This document shows, piece by piece, positions 51,025 through 64,000 of a stretch of DNA of 64,000 nucleotides. A model generated the notes under the pieces. It did not search any database and was not told the origin of the DNA. It worked only from the letters and a program-made list of their open reading frames with translations. How positions within the stretch are numbered: the first letter of the stretch is position 1; every line of letters starts with the position of its first letter. Source of the stretch: Octopus vulgaris (Eukaryota); the NCBI GenBank assembly GCA_951406725.2, contig OX597816.1, positions 179,614,001 to 179,678,000 of the forward strand, given 5' to 3'. The position numbers and the translations under genes were made by a program.

Positions 51025-51227
51025 ACGCGGCGAGCTGGCAGAAACGTTAGCACGCCGGGCGAAATGCTTAGCGGTGTTTCGTCTGTCTTTATGTTCTGAG
51101 TTCAAATTCGACTTTGCCTTTCATGCTTTCGGGGTCGATAAATTAAGTACCAGTTGCGTACTGGGTTCGATCTAATCGACTGGACCCCTCCCCCAAAATT
51201 TCGGGTTTTGTACCCAGAATAGAAAAG
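51025..51227 (+). mobile_element. Full OK-type SINE with 20-bp TSD AATATCCATCATGCAGTTCA
   Basis: TSD at 51005-51024 and 51228-51247. Confidence 0.92.
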
Positions 51228-52704
51228 AATATCCATCATGCAGTTCACTTGTCTGATACTCTTCCCTCTGCATAGAAAATATTTGAAATTGAAACGTGAC
51301 AGACAATAATTCTCGAATGAAATGAAAAGTACTTTCAGTTCTAAATATTCAGTTAATTGAAAAGACATAAATTATTTTATATTTTTTCTGCTTGTTTTAG
51401 TTGTATTATCAATTTGAAAAAATTACAAACTGCGAAACTAATTGAAACAGAAACGTTGTATGTGTGTTTGTGTGTATGTATGTATGTGTGTGTATGTATG
51501 TATGTATGTATGTATGTATGTATGTATGTATGTATGTATGTATGTATGTATGTATGTATGTATGTATGTATGTATCTATGGAGGACCTACTCATCGGCTT
51601 CGTAATATAGATATTACATATAGACGTAAGCATTTACATCGATTAACTGCGGACACACCCAAACGCACACTGATTTGTTCTATACGTCATTAATCATGTT
51701 TTCTTCTCTCTCCTATAGTTGTTAGCCATGATGTGACTAGCGTTATAATCACAATGACGTCACTACATCCTTTAGCTCTCCTAACTACTACTACAACGAC
51801 TACTTTTTCGTCGCTATAACCCACACTAGAACGCTACAATCCGAATCACAACACTACATACCCATATAATAGCATTATATCACACATAATAGCACTACAA
51901 CACACACATCAACAATACATTTCTCACCACAACACTACATCCTTCGCTTACATCTTTTTAAAGAACATCATTTCAACGAAACAGATTTTCTCGTGTCCTA
52001 CTTTTCTCATTATTTCCATGACTCATTGAATACCAATTTAAAATTCTAACTGCTTCATTTCCGTTTCGACATCTTTTACTTTTAATTTATAGAACTGTTG
52101 ATAGCAGAATTGAAACTGCAGTGATGCTCATTCTTGCGCATTATGCCCATGGTTAAAACACCTTACAATACACAGTCCTGTCCACCTAGGTACCAAAATG
52201 TAATATTTTTTATTACGTTATGTCCATGGTAAAAAGCTGTAACTTCCATCAGGCTAATCCGCCGAGCCGTAAGTACCACAGTATGTTATAATTCATTGCA
52301 TTATGTCAATAGCCTACTTCATTATAAGTCGAAACAACAGCTTGGTAGAGTTGTGTTGTGCATAAACAAGACATTTAACAGCCAACAGCCAAATCTACCA
52401 GTTTCACACATATATACTAGTGATATACTTCATACAACAATCAACAGTTAGACTCATCTAGTTGTAAGTAAGCACCATAGGTCGATATGTTGGGTTGCAA
52501 GTTAATTTCGTTTCATTTTTCTTTTTATTTGGATCTCCATCGTCATATGTATAAAAAAGAGGTAAAATATCTTAAAACTAGGACGTTCTTCGTCGCTAAG
52601 ATGTCGGTAAAATATTTGTTAGTCATGCACATACTTCATAAATTGTTGAAAGTGAAAGTCTTTTTAAAGTCTGTGTTGTGTTGCCTACATGTCGAAAGGC
52701 ACGG

Positions 52705-52768
<64 letters not shown>

Positions 52769-52905
52769 CCACAATCGCACACAAACAACAAAATATAGCT
52801 ATGTTATGTATGTAGATATAGTCTTATTTTGAAGTGTGTTGACAGACTTGCACTTAAAATTCATGCGTTTTTAATTAAAACTTGTTAGTTACTATGATGA
52901 CAACA

Positions 52906-53007
<102 letters not shown>

Positions 53008-55261
53008 GCCTGTCTGTCTGTCTGTCTGGCTGTCTGTCAGTTTGTCTGTCTATCTTTCACACGTTCGCTCGCACACACACATACAATAATAGAGCTACAT
53101 CACTACGAGAAAAATATTTTTCGTGTCAATTCAAATAACATTGGAAACAATTAGAATAGATGAAACTATCCCACAAAAAACGAACGAATTTATCTGATAA
53201 TCCAATAGTTCACAAAAATGTGTCTACCAACAACACAATCAGAGCTAGCTAGGCATCACATTAATATTCCACAGTACTGTGTCTATCGCTAATATTCAGT
53301 GTCTCTAGCTGTTAGTAGATACCATAGTGTGGTCTAAATTACGATTGTAATCAGCAGCGGCGGCGGAGGCATTGCGGTATTTAAAAGGGATTTCATTAAA
53401 AGTAGTTTCGAGCTAAATTTCTCTCACGGAGAAAATTTACTTGTATAGATCAGTGACAAGTCCACTGGGAAGATGTGTTTTTCTTACATTTATTACTACA
53501 GGAAGCAGGCGATAAGCACAAAACCATTGGATTATATGATACTGAGAGCAGGCGTGGCTGCGTGCTAAGAAGTTTACTTCTCATGTATATATATATGTGT
53601 GTGTTAGTTGAGTCAGAAGTTAAAATAATCGTCTAAGGGATGGAAGTATCCATTACACTACCGGTATATTACCTGTATTTAACCATGGACATACATATGC
53701 AAACATATGTTCGTAAGTTATCGGTAAAGACAAGGATAAACATGGGTTTATCAATACTCAAAATTTAATGAAAGCAGAAAATGGAGAAGTACTGATGAAA
53801 AACAATAGACTATTATTTATTAATTCAATGTAAATAGACTGCATCCCATCTAACAGCTGTTTCTGCTTCCAATGTTGTATGGTATTGTCACTGATCTGCA
53901 AAAAACGTGTGTTTGTCAGAAATAACTACGTTTTACTGAACCCAAAAATGAACGTAACTTTATTGGAAAACGCAAGCTTTACCTTATTCATACACGATGC
54001 TGTTATAATAAATCTCATGTTCTTTTTTGCCCACTATTTTCCTTCGATCTATGAACACCTATATGGAAACAAAGGAAATGAACACTATGAAAAAGGAAGA
54101 GAAAGTATATGTATTCACTCACACGTAAGCAACAACAGACAAAGAAATACAAACCAATTGTGTGATCAAAAACGGTTTCATTCTTCACCGCCATTGCTTA
54201 CTTTTTGTACTTATACATACACTTCCGTACAATGCTGATCATATTGGTACATCATCATCATCGTCGCCGTCGTCGTCATCGTCGTCATCTTCGTCGTCAT
54301 CGTTACCTCCCCCCCATCATCACTGCCTTCGTCGACGTCGTCATCACCTTAAAAAACAACAACAAAAACAACAATGACATCAATATCGGCAATAATAACA
54401 AAAAGATAACAAAAACAAAAACATTGTCATTCGGAATATGGCGATCAATATTTCCTTATAAACGTCATTGATACGTACATAATACATACATACATAAATA
54501 CATACATATAAAAAGAAACATACATACATAAATACATACATACATAAACATACACACACACACACTCACACATATATATATAAACATATATATTTGTCTT
54601 CCCAAAGAAACAGTTTTCTAAAAATCACAGACAAAATATTGAGAATGGTTTTTTCATTAATATCTATAGAAATGATATATTATTTATAGAAATATTATTA
54701 ATGATAAGTATTTCGAAATCTCACTTTTCAATTATTATCTCGTTTTTGGTTTCATTTCAAATAACGACGAATATTATTTTTGTGGTGCATTCAAATTTAA
54801 TTCACTATTTGGGATGGCAGCTTAGAAAATTCGTTTGATAGCAAATAACATAGAAGTGATATTACATAATCACACACACACAGACACACATGTATATTGT
54901 TTATGCCATCCCATAATGTATGATTGACTTGAGTGTCGGATTTGATACGTGAACGTTTCAGTTGTTCGAGTAACCCATCTGCCTATTTATTGAATTATTG
55001 GTTAAGTGTCTGTCTGAACAGTCTACAGACATTTGCATAGCCTTTAACTAATCCTCGGTGAGAACTGACACGACAGAATCGTTTTCACTGACTGCACCAT
55101 TATCATCGTCATCATCATCGTCATCATCATCATCGTCGTCGTTGTCGTCATCATCGTAATCATCGTCCTCATCATCGTTGTCGTCGTCGTCATCATCATC
55201 ATCGTCGTCGTCGTCGTCATCATCATCATCACCATCATCATCATCAGTTTTATTATTTCCA

Positions 55262-58010
55262 TTTTACTTCTCAGAGTTCTCGATTTCACTTGCTCTGGTC
55301 AATTCTGTAAGAGCGGACAGCGACCTGTTGTTAAATGTCTCACAAGGTCTCTTTCCACGATACTTAACACCCAAGTTCCAATCTCGAAATCCTCGTTGTC
55401 TCCAATAAAGCAGTTTTCTGCACATGTCCTACTCTCATTTCAATCCCAATCTCCAACAAATTTCTCAAACCTGGTTGTTAATGCTCCACTGCCCTTACAA
55501 CTACTGGGATGACAGTTATTTTCTTCACCCACCACATTCATGCAATTTCATATTTTAGTGGCTTGTACTTCTCAGTCTTTTCCAGCTCTTCGTCACCCCC
55601 TCCTGCATCCCCAGGTATGGCAATATCTAGGATTTTGGTTTTCCTTCATTCTTTTATCCACTACAGCAATGTCTGAGCATCAATCACTGATTCACACTGG
55701 ATACTAAAATCCCATAAGATCTTATATTCATTATTCTCGGTAACGCCTTCTGGATTATGCTTGTATTATTTCAATGTCCTTCCAAGGCCTTACGTCTCAC
55801 ACAATCTCTATCTTAGCAATGTTATTATGTCCCCATTTGTACTCATTTGTACTCAATTTTCTACACTCACAATATTTGAAACTGCTTCATTTCTGATGAC
55901 GCACAACCTACAAAGGAGCGATTCACTATCTTATCTATTTGGAACTTGGTGTAATTAGTACTCGGAGCTTCTTCGTGGATGCTACATATCAATGCCACAG
56001 TGAATCCTTTCAAATCATTTTTTCTTAACCCCCTCCAGGTGTTGGTCTTGTCTTTTCCTTCTATTTCTCTGAGTTATTGACCATGCATCGTTTTAATTTT
56101 CCAGTTATTTAATCTTTGTTCTTCATCTTGTCTCTTGGGTGTGTCACAAGGTATCGTGCTGCTATTTCTAACTGCAACAACCAAATGTTCAATCTGCTGT
56201 TTGACGTACCATTCCAGACTGTTTTCCTCATTAACAACACAGATCTTGCATTCTATGAGGCTTCTTTTCCCTTGTATTTTGGCATATACAGTATATCGAT
56301 ATCGATTTTAGGGAGTAGTTTCTTGTTCATTGTCATCATTTCCCTGGATTTTATTTCCATTTTTTCAAGCGCATTCTTTGTCCTCCTAACAATACTTGAG
56401 CCGTATCGTATTAAAGACACAGCCCATGTATTCATTGCGTTGGTCTTGTTCTTTCTATTGAGTCCACTCTCCATAATTAATTTGGTTCTTCTGAGGTATT
56501 CCGTCTAAAGCTTTCCTTTATCTCACCCTCCTTGATTTTGACATACTCCAAAATACTCAGATACTTATATCCCTTCATCTCAACATCTTTGTTTCTCTAG
56601 CTGGTTGGTAGTTCTACACAATCAGATGACACTACTTTGCCTTACTTTATGATATTTACACCATATTTTTTAATCCAAAATACCGTCCCGATATCCTTAC
56701 TGAATATCTGCACTGTTGAAACCAGACCATTTATTTCACGTTTACACTTACCGAAGATCTTTAAGTTAGCCTAATACATCAGGAGATTTAATTTTTCTCC
56801 ACTTTTAAAGGTGTACCCCGTTGTCACTTTTCACAACATCTGCGTGAGGGCTATCATACAGATCACAAGCAGCAATGGCCGCAGACCTGAAATATGCCTC
56901 TTCTGACGTTAATCTTCGTCAAAAATTCTCCACATGATTTTAACTCTGTATTCCAGTTCTCTATTGATCTGATAAAATTTCAAATCTTGTATTTTCTTAC
57001 AGTCGTTCAGCATCATCCTGTCTATCAGAAGTTGACCTTTTGTTCCTCATCTTTTCCTTCTCATCTCTTCTGGCAGCTTGTCATGCATTTTCAGGAAGTC
57101 ATATACTCAGTTAGACATTCCTATCATCAACTTCCACATCAAGGGTAGGCAAGAGATTGGCCGATAATTATCCCTTGCATTACCTTTACTGGAATCCTTT
57201 TGGAAAACAGTTTTCCCTGTGATCATCCACTTTGGGATTTTCATTCCGTTGTTGATTATTTTATCGTTTGCTTAGCTATTCTTTTGTGTAATGCTGAGAA
57301 AGTTTTCAACCAATACCCTCGTACCCCATCCTCGAAATTTCCAGTTTGGAATCTTTGTTGTCTCAGCATTTCTGTTATTATTATTATATTGTTCTGTTTC
57401 ACTTCATTTTTCTCCGATTTTAATTCCTTCAATCATTCGGCATCTTCCTTATGATCCCTTCCATTATCCCAGATGTTATTCCAAAACTTCTTACATCCGT
57501 CAACTTCCGGTTTCTTATTTCTGTTAACCTATCCGTTCAGCTGCTGATAGATCCTTTTCTGATCTTGTTAGAACAATCTATTGATTTTTATATTGTTCAA
57601 TCCTTTAATCACACCTCTTGATTTTTATTGTTTTAGCCTACAGTCTTTGTTTCAGTTCTTCAAGGACTAAATTTAGCCCCCTTTTCTTGATCCTATATTT
57701 ATGTTCCTGATATTTCTCCTTCCCGATTTTATCGTGTTTCTTTCTTTCCAGGGTGTTGATATGTTTTCGTAGCTCGTTCATTGAATGATTTATTCTTTTC
57801 CGAGGCTCTTTTGCTACATTTCATCTTTTACGGTTTGGTTCAAGACCTATTTTCCTACTTATGTAAACGATACAAGCTTTAATCAATCTATTCGTTCCAG
57901 TTATATTATTCATCTTCATTTCTTTCAGTATTTTTATCACCTTCCGAGTCCATACCCTGAGCAGAATTCTATCCATTTTCTTGAATCCATTTACTTCCAT
58001 GTCCATTGGA
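55262..58010 (-). mobile_element. Decayed R4/Dong-like non-LTR retrotransposon (RT + RLE)
   Basis: Minus-strand fragments NYRPISCLP, GYKYLSILE, LNRKNKTNAMNTWAVSLIRYG, KILWDFSIQC and ILDIAIPGD...EKTEKY, with many stops and frameshifts. Confidence 0.85.
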
Positions 58011-58029
58011 CTGTTGGAAAAGAAAAAAA

Positions 58030-58333
58030 AAATAACATCGAGCTACAAAAAATAACCTTAAATGTCAAGAACTCTCCTAAGTATCCCAGCTGTCCCTAAT
58101 AACACTATTTTCTGCCTATTTCCTCTATCTATCAATTCAGATCTTTAGGGATAATTCCCAATGCACCTATAACGACTGGGATACATTTTACCTGCACTTT
58201 CCATAGTAATTCAATAGCTAGGTCCTGGTATTTTGCTATTTTTTCTATACTTCTCATACTAATGTTTTCTTCATTTGGGACTGTTAAGTCAATTATCTGG
58301 CACTTTCTATTCTCTTTATCTACCATTACCAAA

Positions 58334-58335
<2 letters not shown>
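58030..58335 (-). mobile_element. Short 5'-truncated R4/Dong-like 3' fragment
   Basis: VMVDKENRKCQIIDLTVPNE...EKIAKYQDL...IPVVIGALG, then KIVLLGTAGILRRVL. Begins at a (TAA)n tract. Confidence 0.8.
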
Positions 58336-58406
<71 letters not shown>

Positions 58407-58408
<2 letters not shown>

Positions 58409-59470
58409 CTTCATAATACATAAAATGCACCAGAGTCTTTAGTCATCTGTCAAGTCACTACAAGGACCGCAGGCAGATAATACTTTCCTTAAGATGTGCG
58501 CTGTGCCTAAGAAGGCTGCTTTTTGCAAGACATCAATCTTGCATGGGATTTCAAGTTGCCTTAAGAAGTCTTAAAGTTTCAATGGGATTGAGCCCAACGC
58601 TCCGATCACCACTGGTATCACTTTTACATTACCTTCCCGCATTCCATACAGTCTTGCCATTTCCACTTTCAATTCGGAGTACTTGGTGATTTTTTCAACC
58701 TCTTTACTCACAATATTCATGTTATTTGGTATGGCTACACCAATGATCTGACAGTATTTGTCTCTCTTATTCGATAAGACAATATCCGGCCGACGGTGTT
58801 CGATTACACGATCCGTCTGAAAATCATAGTCCCAGAGTAACGTTACTTTTCTGTCCTCCTGCATAATTTTACTTGGTACATGTTCATACCAGTTCTCTGT
58901 TACTTCATATTGGTATTCACGGCATAAGAGCCAATGAAGTTGCACACACATTTTATCGTGGCGGCGCTTGTATTCTTTCTGTGTAAGGCTCTCACATCCA
59001 CTTACTAAGTGGGTCAGATTTTCCACACTCTTTCCACAGAGTCTGCATTTCTGGGTGTCAGAAGTTTTAAAGATATTATACTTCACTGATTTGATAGCGA
59101 GAGCCTGGTCTTGTGCAGCAATGATCAGGCTTTCAGTGGTATGCTTCAAATCACCTTGCTCAAGCCATGCCCTCGATGCTGTATTATCTTTAACGTCCTG
59201 TGTATTCCTTTCAAACTGTTCATGCATTCTCGTTTCGAGAAGGTCTTCTTTTCTCTTCTCCTCGGCTCTTTGCTTAAACTCTTCCTTGCCCATCATTTCA
59301 TATGTATTTACACCCATATCTTTCGCCACTATTTAGCAAATACTCGACAAGTGTTTTACTTTCACTCCTTATAGAATGGTATATACGAATTACTTCTCTG
59401 TCACCATTCTTTCTTTTCATATACGGTCTGTTTTCGTTTGCTTTAGAGTATAGCGCCCCATGCAAATTCC
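58407..59470 (-). mobile_element. 5'-truncated R4/Dong-like element with zinc knuckle and RLE
   Basis: ORF 58571-59329: ESLIIAAQDQAL, CRLC..VENLTHLVSGC, YKRRHD, LWDYDFQTDRVIEHRRPDIV, KEVEKITKY. The 3' end abuts (TAA)n at 58336-58406. Confidence 0.92.
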
Positions 59471-62400
59471 ACCAAGGAATTTTATCATTTTGGGATCGAT
59501 AAAATAAGCATCTGTTGAACACAGGTCGATGTCATCAACTTAACTCCTCCCCCGAACTTGCTGGCCTTGTGCTAAGATTTGAAACCAATATTAAAGCAAA
59601 AATGAAACAAGACAAAATAGAGCTCATAAATGGCAAAATATCGGCTAGAAAATAGTTACACAAGTCTATATAGCTTATAGTCAATATACCAAGATGTCAA
59701 TTCGAAGACTTGGGTTTGGACTTCGAATCGGATAGTCGCTGTCATATAAGGGACCAATTAATAATATTTACCTCATATATTCAATCGTAGAGCAAAATCT
59801 CAACTAAATGTGATATTTACAGATTAGAAGTAGAACAACGTACACTTCCCTCAAATAAACCAGTGAAAATGGTCAGAGGTTGAAGATTGATCACTCTAAA
59901 TGTCAATAAATGAAACCCAATAGATGAAACTGAACAACTATTTGCGGAGACGTTATTTATGAGAATTAATATTCTAAAGCATTCTTATTAGTTCTATACT
60001 TTTACAGCTAACATTCCCGTCCTTGCAATTGCCATCGATTAAATTGTAAGCTATGACGATTTCTTCGCCAGGAAGAACTCAAAGGTTTGTAGGAAACAGT
60101 TTGAAGTTGACTGAGTTGACACAAGTAGGATATTGATATTTAATTTATAAATCGTAAATGGAATAGAATTCACGCTCGAGGTGAATATGACAAAGTACTA
60201 CAGCCCATTTATCCATTCCCCCCACTATTATCGCTAGCTGGACCAGGTTTACTAATATCAAGTTACGAATTGCAGAATAACTAAATTCTCATATTAGCAC
60301 TAGGATTTATAAGTGTTTAGGTGAGGAGTACTGACAACCCATCTACATACGTCAGAACGTTATATTTATTTTGTCGACTCTGGAGAGAAATAATATGTAC
60401 ATATGAATCCGGTGGGAATCGAGCTTAGAACACAGGGATACACAAGTGAATATAGAAAACTAATTTGAGTTTAGTAGGAAACATTAACCGTTTTTCTTCT
60501 CTCGCCAACCAACCATAAAAGTTGAAATACCAGGATCAGATGACAGCAATATTTTTGCACTTGAGAAAGTCAGTCAGAGAACAATTCATAAGAATTTGGT
60601 TAATATCAGCTGGCAAATTCCTGTCGTGTAAAGACCTCAAAAAATCGATGTTACTTGATTGTTAGATAAATAATACGTGTGTGATGTACATTTTTATTTT
60701 TACTTCCGTTGGATGCAAATGTTGGTCTTGATGTAAGTTGATACGTCTGTTGTAAAATATTGGGTATATGTAAAACAACTTGCCGTATACGAATATATCG
60801 ATCACGTTTTCCCTTCAGTGGTTATATAGGAGGGAAAAAAGGAAACGAGAAAAGGAAAAAGAAAAGGTAAAAGAAATATTATTAAGAAAGAAAGACTTGT
60901 GCTAAGTAGGTTCGCCTTTTGAGGAAAGTAATACTTTTGGTTGGGAATGCTGAAAAGACTAGCATTTTACTGTTACAAGAAGAAAGTTGTTTAGAGTATA
61001 TATGGAGGCAACTGCTTTCTCCTTTATGCTGTATACAAGTCTCAGTAGATTCTGGAGGAATGCAGCATAAACAGTGAACAACAATAACGACGACAACAAC
61101 GGCAACAATAGTAGTAGCTCTCACAACAGCAACAGCAAAAGACCAGAAACTCATTATCATCAGCTTCGTTGTCATTATCATCATCATCATGATCACTAGC
61201 AGCAGCAGCAGCGTCGATATTATCATGGACAACAAGAACTTATATAAAAAACCTAAATAGTGTTTAGTTGATGTAGCAGCCAAGAGCAGACATATGGAAA
61301 ATGCATTAACAAAACAACCAACAGAAATTTGAAAGAGGTTTGTTCTTTAAAGTTATGTAATATAGGATATCATGTCTATTTTGTTTTACTAAAGTAAGAT
61401 GTAGTTATATAAGGAGAGAAAGAGAGTGAAAGAGAGAATAGTTTTTAGTTACGTCTGGATGCTGGAACAAGGAGAAGGCAGTTGGAAATCGACGAGGGAA
61501 GTATACTCATGTTGGAGTGACCTAATGCACACAAAGCAGCTGCCTTCCCGCTTAATATCTCAGTGTGAGCATATGGAACACTTATGCAATATATATACGG
61601 AGAATCAGATGCTGTTCTCTGCACAGCCTTTACGAAGTGTTACATCGTTAGAGTCATGAACTTTATTGAAACTTCTTGGAGCCACCAATGACTGAACGAC
61701 GGTTGCGTCGGACAGATTATTACATAATTTTGTGAATGAAATACCGTCATATCTGTAGGTTCAAGTGCACATAATGTGGATTACAGTTGGGAGTAGATGT
61801 TATTTTCCGGGTCATTGCGTATTTAAAAGATTTCTTTGCCTGTATGTGTTTACGTAATACACTCACATACACACACACAAACAGAGGGAGCTAAAAAGAG
61901 AGGGTGTCTGGAGTGTGTGTGTGTGTGTGTGTGATATAGCTTGACAAATTGAGGAAGACAAGTGAGAGAAAGAATGAGAGAGAACGTGTGAAGGAGCCCA
62001 ATAGATACACACCACATACACAAGCCCATAAACGTACACACTTGCAGCCAACGGTGTGTAGTCATGTTTACAACAAGTGATACATGCGGTATATCGACTA
62101 TCTAATGAAGAATCTATTTTGCATATAGAAATATCAAGAACAGATGCTCAAACGTTTGCAAATCGACAGACTTAATTTTTATTAAAATACCATTTTAAAA
62201 CTAGGACTATTCATCGACTAGAATAATTGTATTCATTGCTTTTTATTGTTATTTAATGTGACATTTTGTCTGCAGTTACGCAATTGTTTACAATAAAATA
62301 TTCTTCGTAAATGTATTGACAGTGAAGTATATGTTCCTGATGGGAACCTTTCGGTTTCCTCTACTGAAATCGTCTAAAAGTTCACACAGTTACCGTAACA

Positions 62401-62848
62401 CTACTGCAGTTCTTCTAACTATGTTTTGGTACCAACCAATATGTTTGAGAACTTAAATGGCGCATAAAACAAACCCACAAATACCAAAAAAACAAGACGA
62501 AGATAATTAACTTCATACCAATTTTTAGATGTTTGGATGAGATCGCTACTCCACAAGGTTCCTAGCCTCTAATCTCTGCGAAAAGATTTGAAAAGTTTTG
62601 AGACGGAAAACTTTTGAAACCAAGCAAAAATTCTGTATAGTCGAAGCCATTGACTTCATTCATCACGAAATGATAACTAAATGATAACGCAAGCCAGTTT
62701 CCTTTTCCGTTTCCTTTATTTAATTTCTCGTTCTTTTATTTATAATGCATTTAACGTCAGTTGCTTGCCCGCCGTTAAATTTAACGGAGGAAGTATACAG
62801 ATAGATACATTTACATGCATGTAAGCATGCACATACACAGCATATATA

Positions 62849-63609
62849 CAGGATGCGATGGGTAAATTGTCGCCATTTTATATTTCCAATTTCGTGCATT
62901 GCTTGTTTTTGATTTTGTCGAGTATACAGCATAGTAGGGTCAGTTGGGCACCGTCTGTGAGCAAAACAGCAACATGACGCAATTCACTCTGCCAGAAATT
63001 TGGAAACGTCATGCCGTACAGAGAACAACCGTTGACTTGCCGTGTCCCTAAAACATGTACTGAGAGTGATAAAAATTAAACATCTAGTCAACATGATGGT
63101 GTTTAGAGTGATCACTAGATGAAGTGCCTGGAGGAGGTACCGCTGCTCTGGATCAAGAGGGTGGCTGCGGGAAGACCCTATGTCTGGCAACAAGACTTGC
63201 ACCATGCCGTACAAGCAGAAGAACCCAGTCATGGCTGTCAGACAATTTCTGCGACCACATCACCCCTAACACCTGGCCAGCTAACTCCCTAGATTGAAAC
63301 CCTCTTTATTATGTGTGGGGCGCAGTTGAGAGAGAGAGAGAGAGACCAACAAAACTCTTTGTAAGACCGAAGATGAACTGAAGGCAAGGATTATGGTAGC
63401 GTTCACCAACTTAGATAAGGAGATCGTCCAGAAGATTTTCAGGAGATTCCGAAGTCGTCTGGAGGCCAATGACAATTTTATTGAATAAATTTACTCTTTA
63501 GTATTTCAAGATATTTTTATATAATTTTGATAAATATCAGTTAAAACTAGATGTCAGTGTTATTTTCATTTTTGCATAATTTAGACGACAATATATTCAC
63601 CGCCACCTG
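62849..63609 (+). mobile_element. Internally deleted Tc1/mariner (maT/DD37D-like) transposon
   Basis: TA-flanked imperfect TIRs (CAGGATGCGATGGGTAAATTGTCG / CGACAATATATTCACCGCCACCTG). Remnants YVWQQDLHH..SRRTQSWLSDNF and WPANSLD*NP...VWGAVER. Confidence 0.8.
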
Positions 63610-63611
63610 TA

Positions 63612-63770
63612 TCTTATATATAAATGGCAGTTTCTGTTTGTTTGTTACCAGCGAACCAATATTCACGAAACTTTGCATACATGTTACACTAACATCGAGT
63701 TCAATAATAGGCTCACTGAATTTTAATCAAAATCTATAATGTGCCCCCAGGCTGGATTGGGGGGTGAATT
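63612..63770 (+). mobile_element. Helitron-like 5' end
   Basis: A|TCTTATATATAAATGGCAGTTT...cgaaactttgcatacatg resembles the 5' end of the 1774-2160 element. Confidence 0.55.
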
Positions 63771-64000
63771 ATGTGATAAAATGAGAAGGGTGCAAAAAGT
63801 ATAAGTCTGAAGGAAACGCAGTAGCAGAGTGAAGGTGACTTATATCAGGGAAGGCGAGAACAGCATTTTGTAAGCGACAAATATTGAGTAGCAATGGGAT
63901 GAGAGCGTTAATACAGCTGTCATATACACACGGCGCTGCATACATACTTTCGTAAATACACAGATACAACACGCACACATACACACACACGCACACACAC

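Overview
AT-rich, microsatellite-dense animal genomic DNA, most likely an octopus (inferred from many copies resembling the octopus OK/OR tRNA-derived SINE families). Most ORFs in the track are translated microsatellites. The window is mostly mobile DNA. It contains a near-complete but disrupted Neptune-type Penelope-like element (PLE; RT plus GIY-YIG, ~540-bp pseudo-LTRs, variant hammerhead motifs, very long TSD at a (TA)n tract) and a full-length disrupted mariner. There is a ~4-kb array of a 41-bp repeat with a 29-unit higher-order duplication, plus Helitron fragments, several R4/Dong-like RLE retrotransposons next to (TAA)n, an RTE remnant, a maT/Tc1 remnant and many SINEs. A few candidate exons suggest a minus-strand host gene. 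The most unusual signals are a 46-bp perfect hairpin built from the local satellite inside the mariner 5' region, a family of non-canonical hammerheads, and the long TSD of the PLE. No intact novel protein-coding system could be supported.
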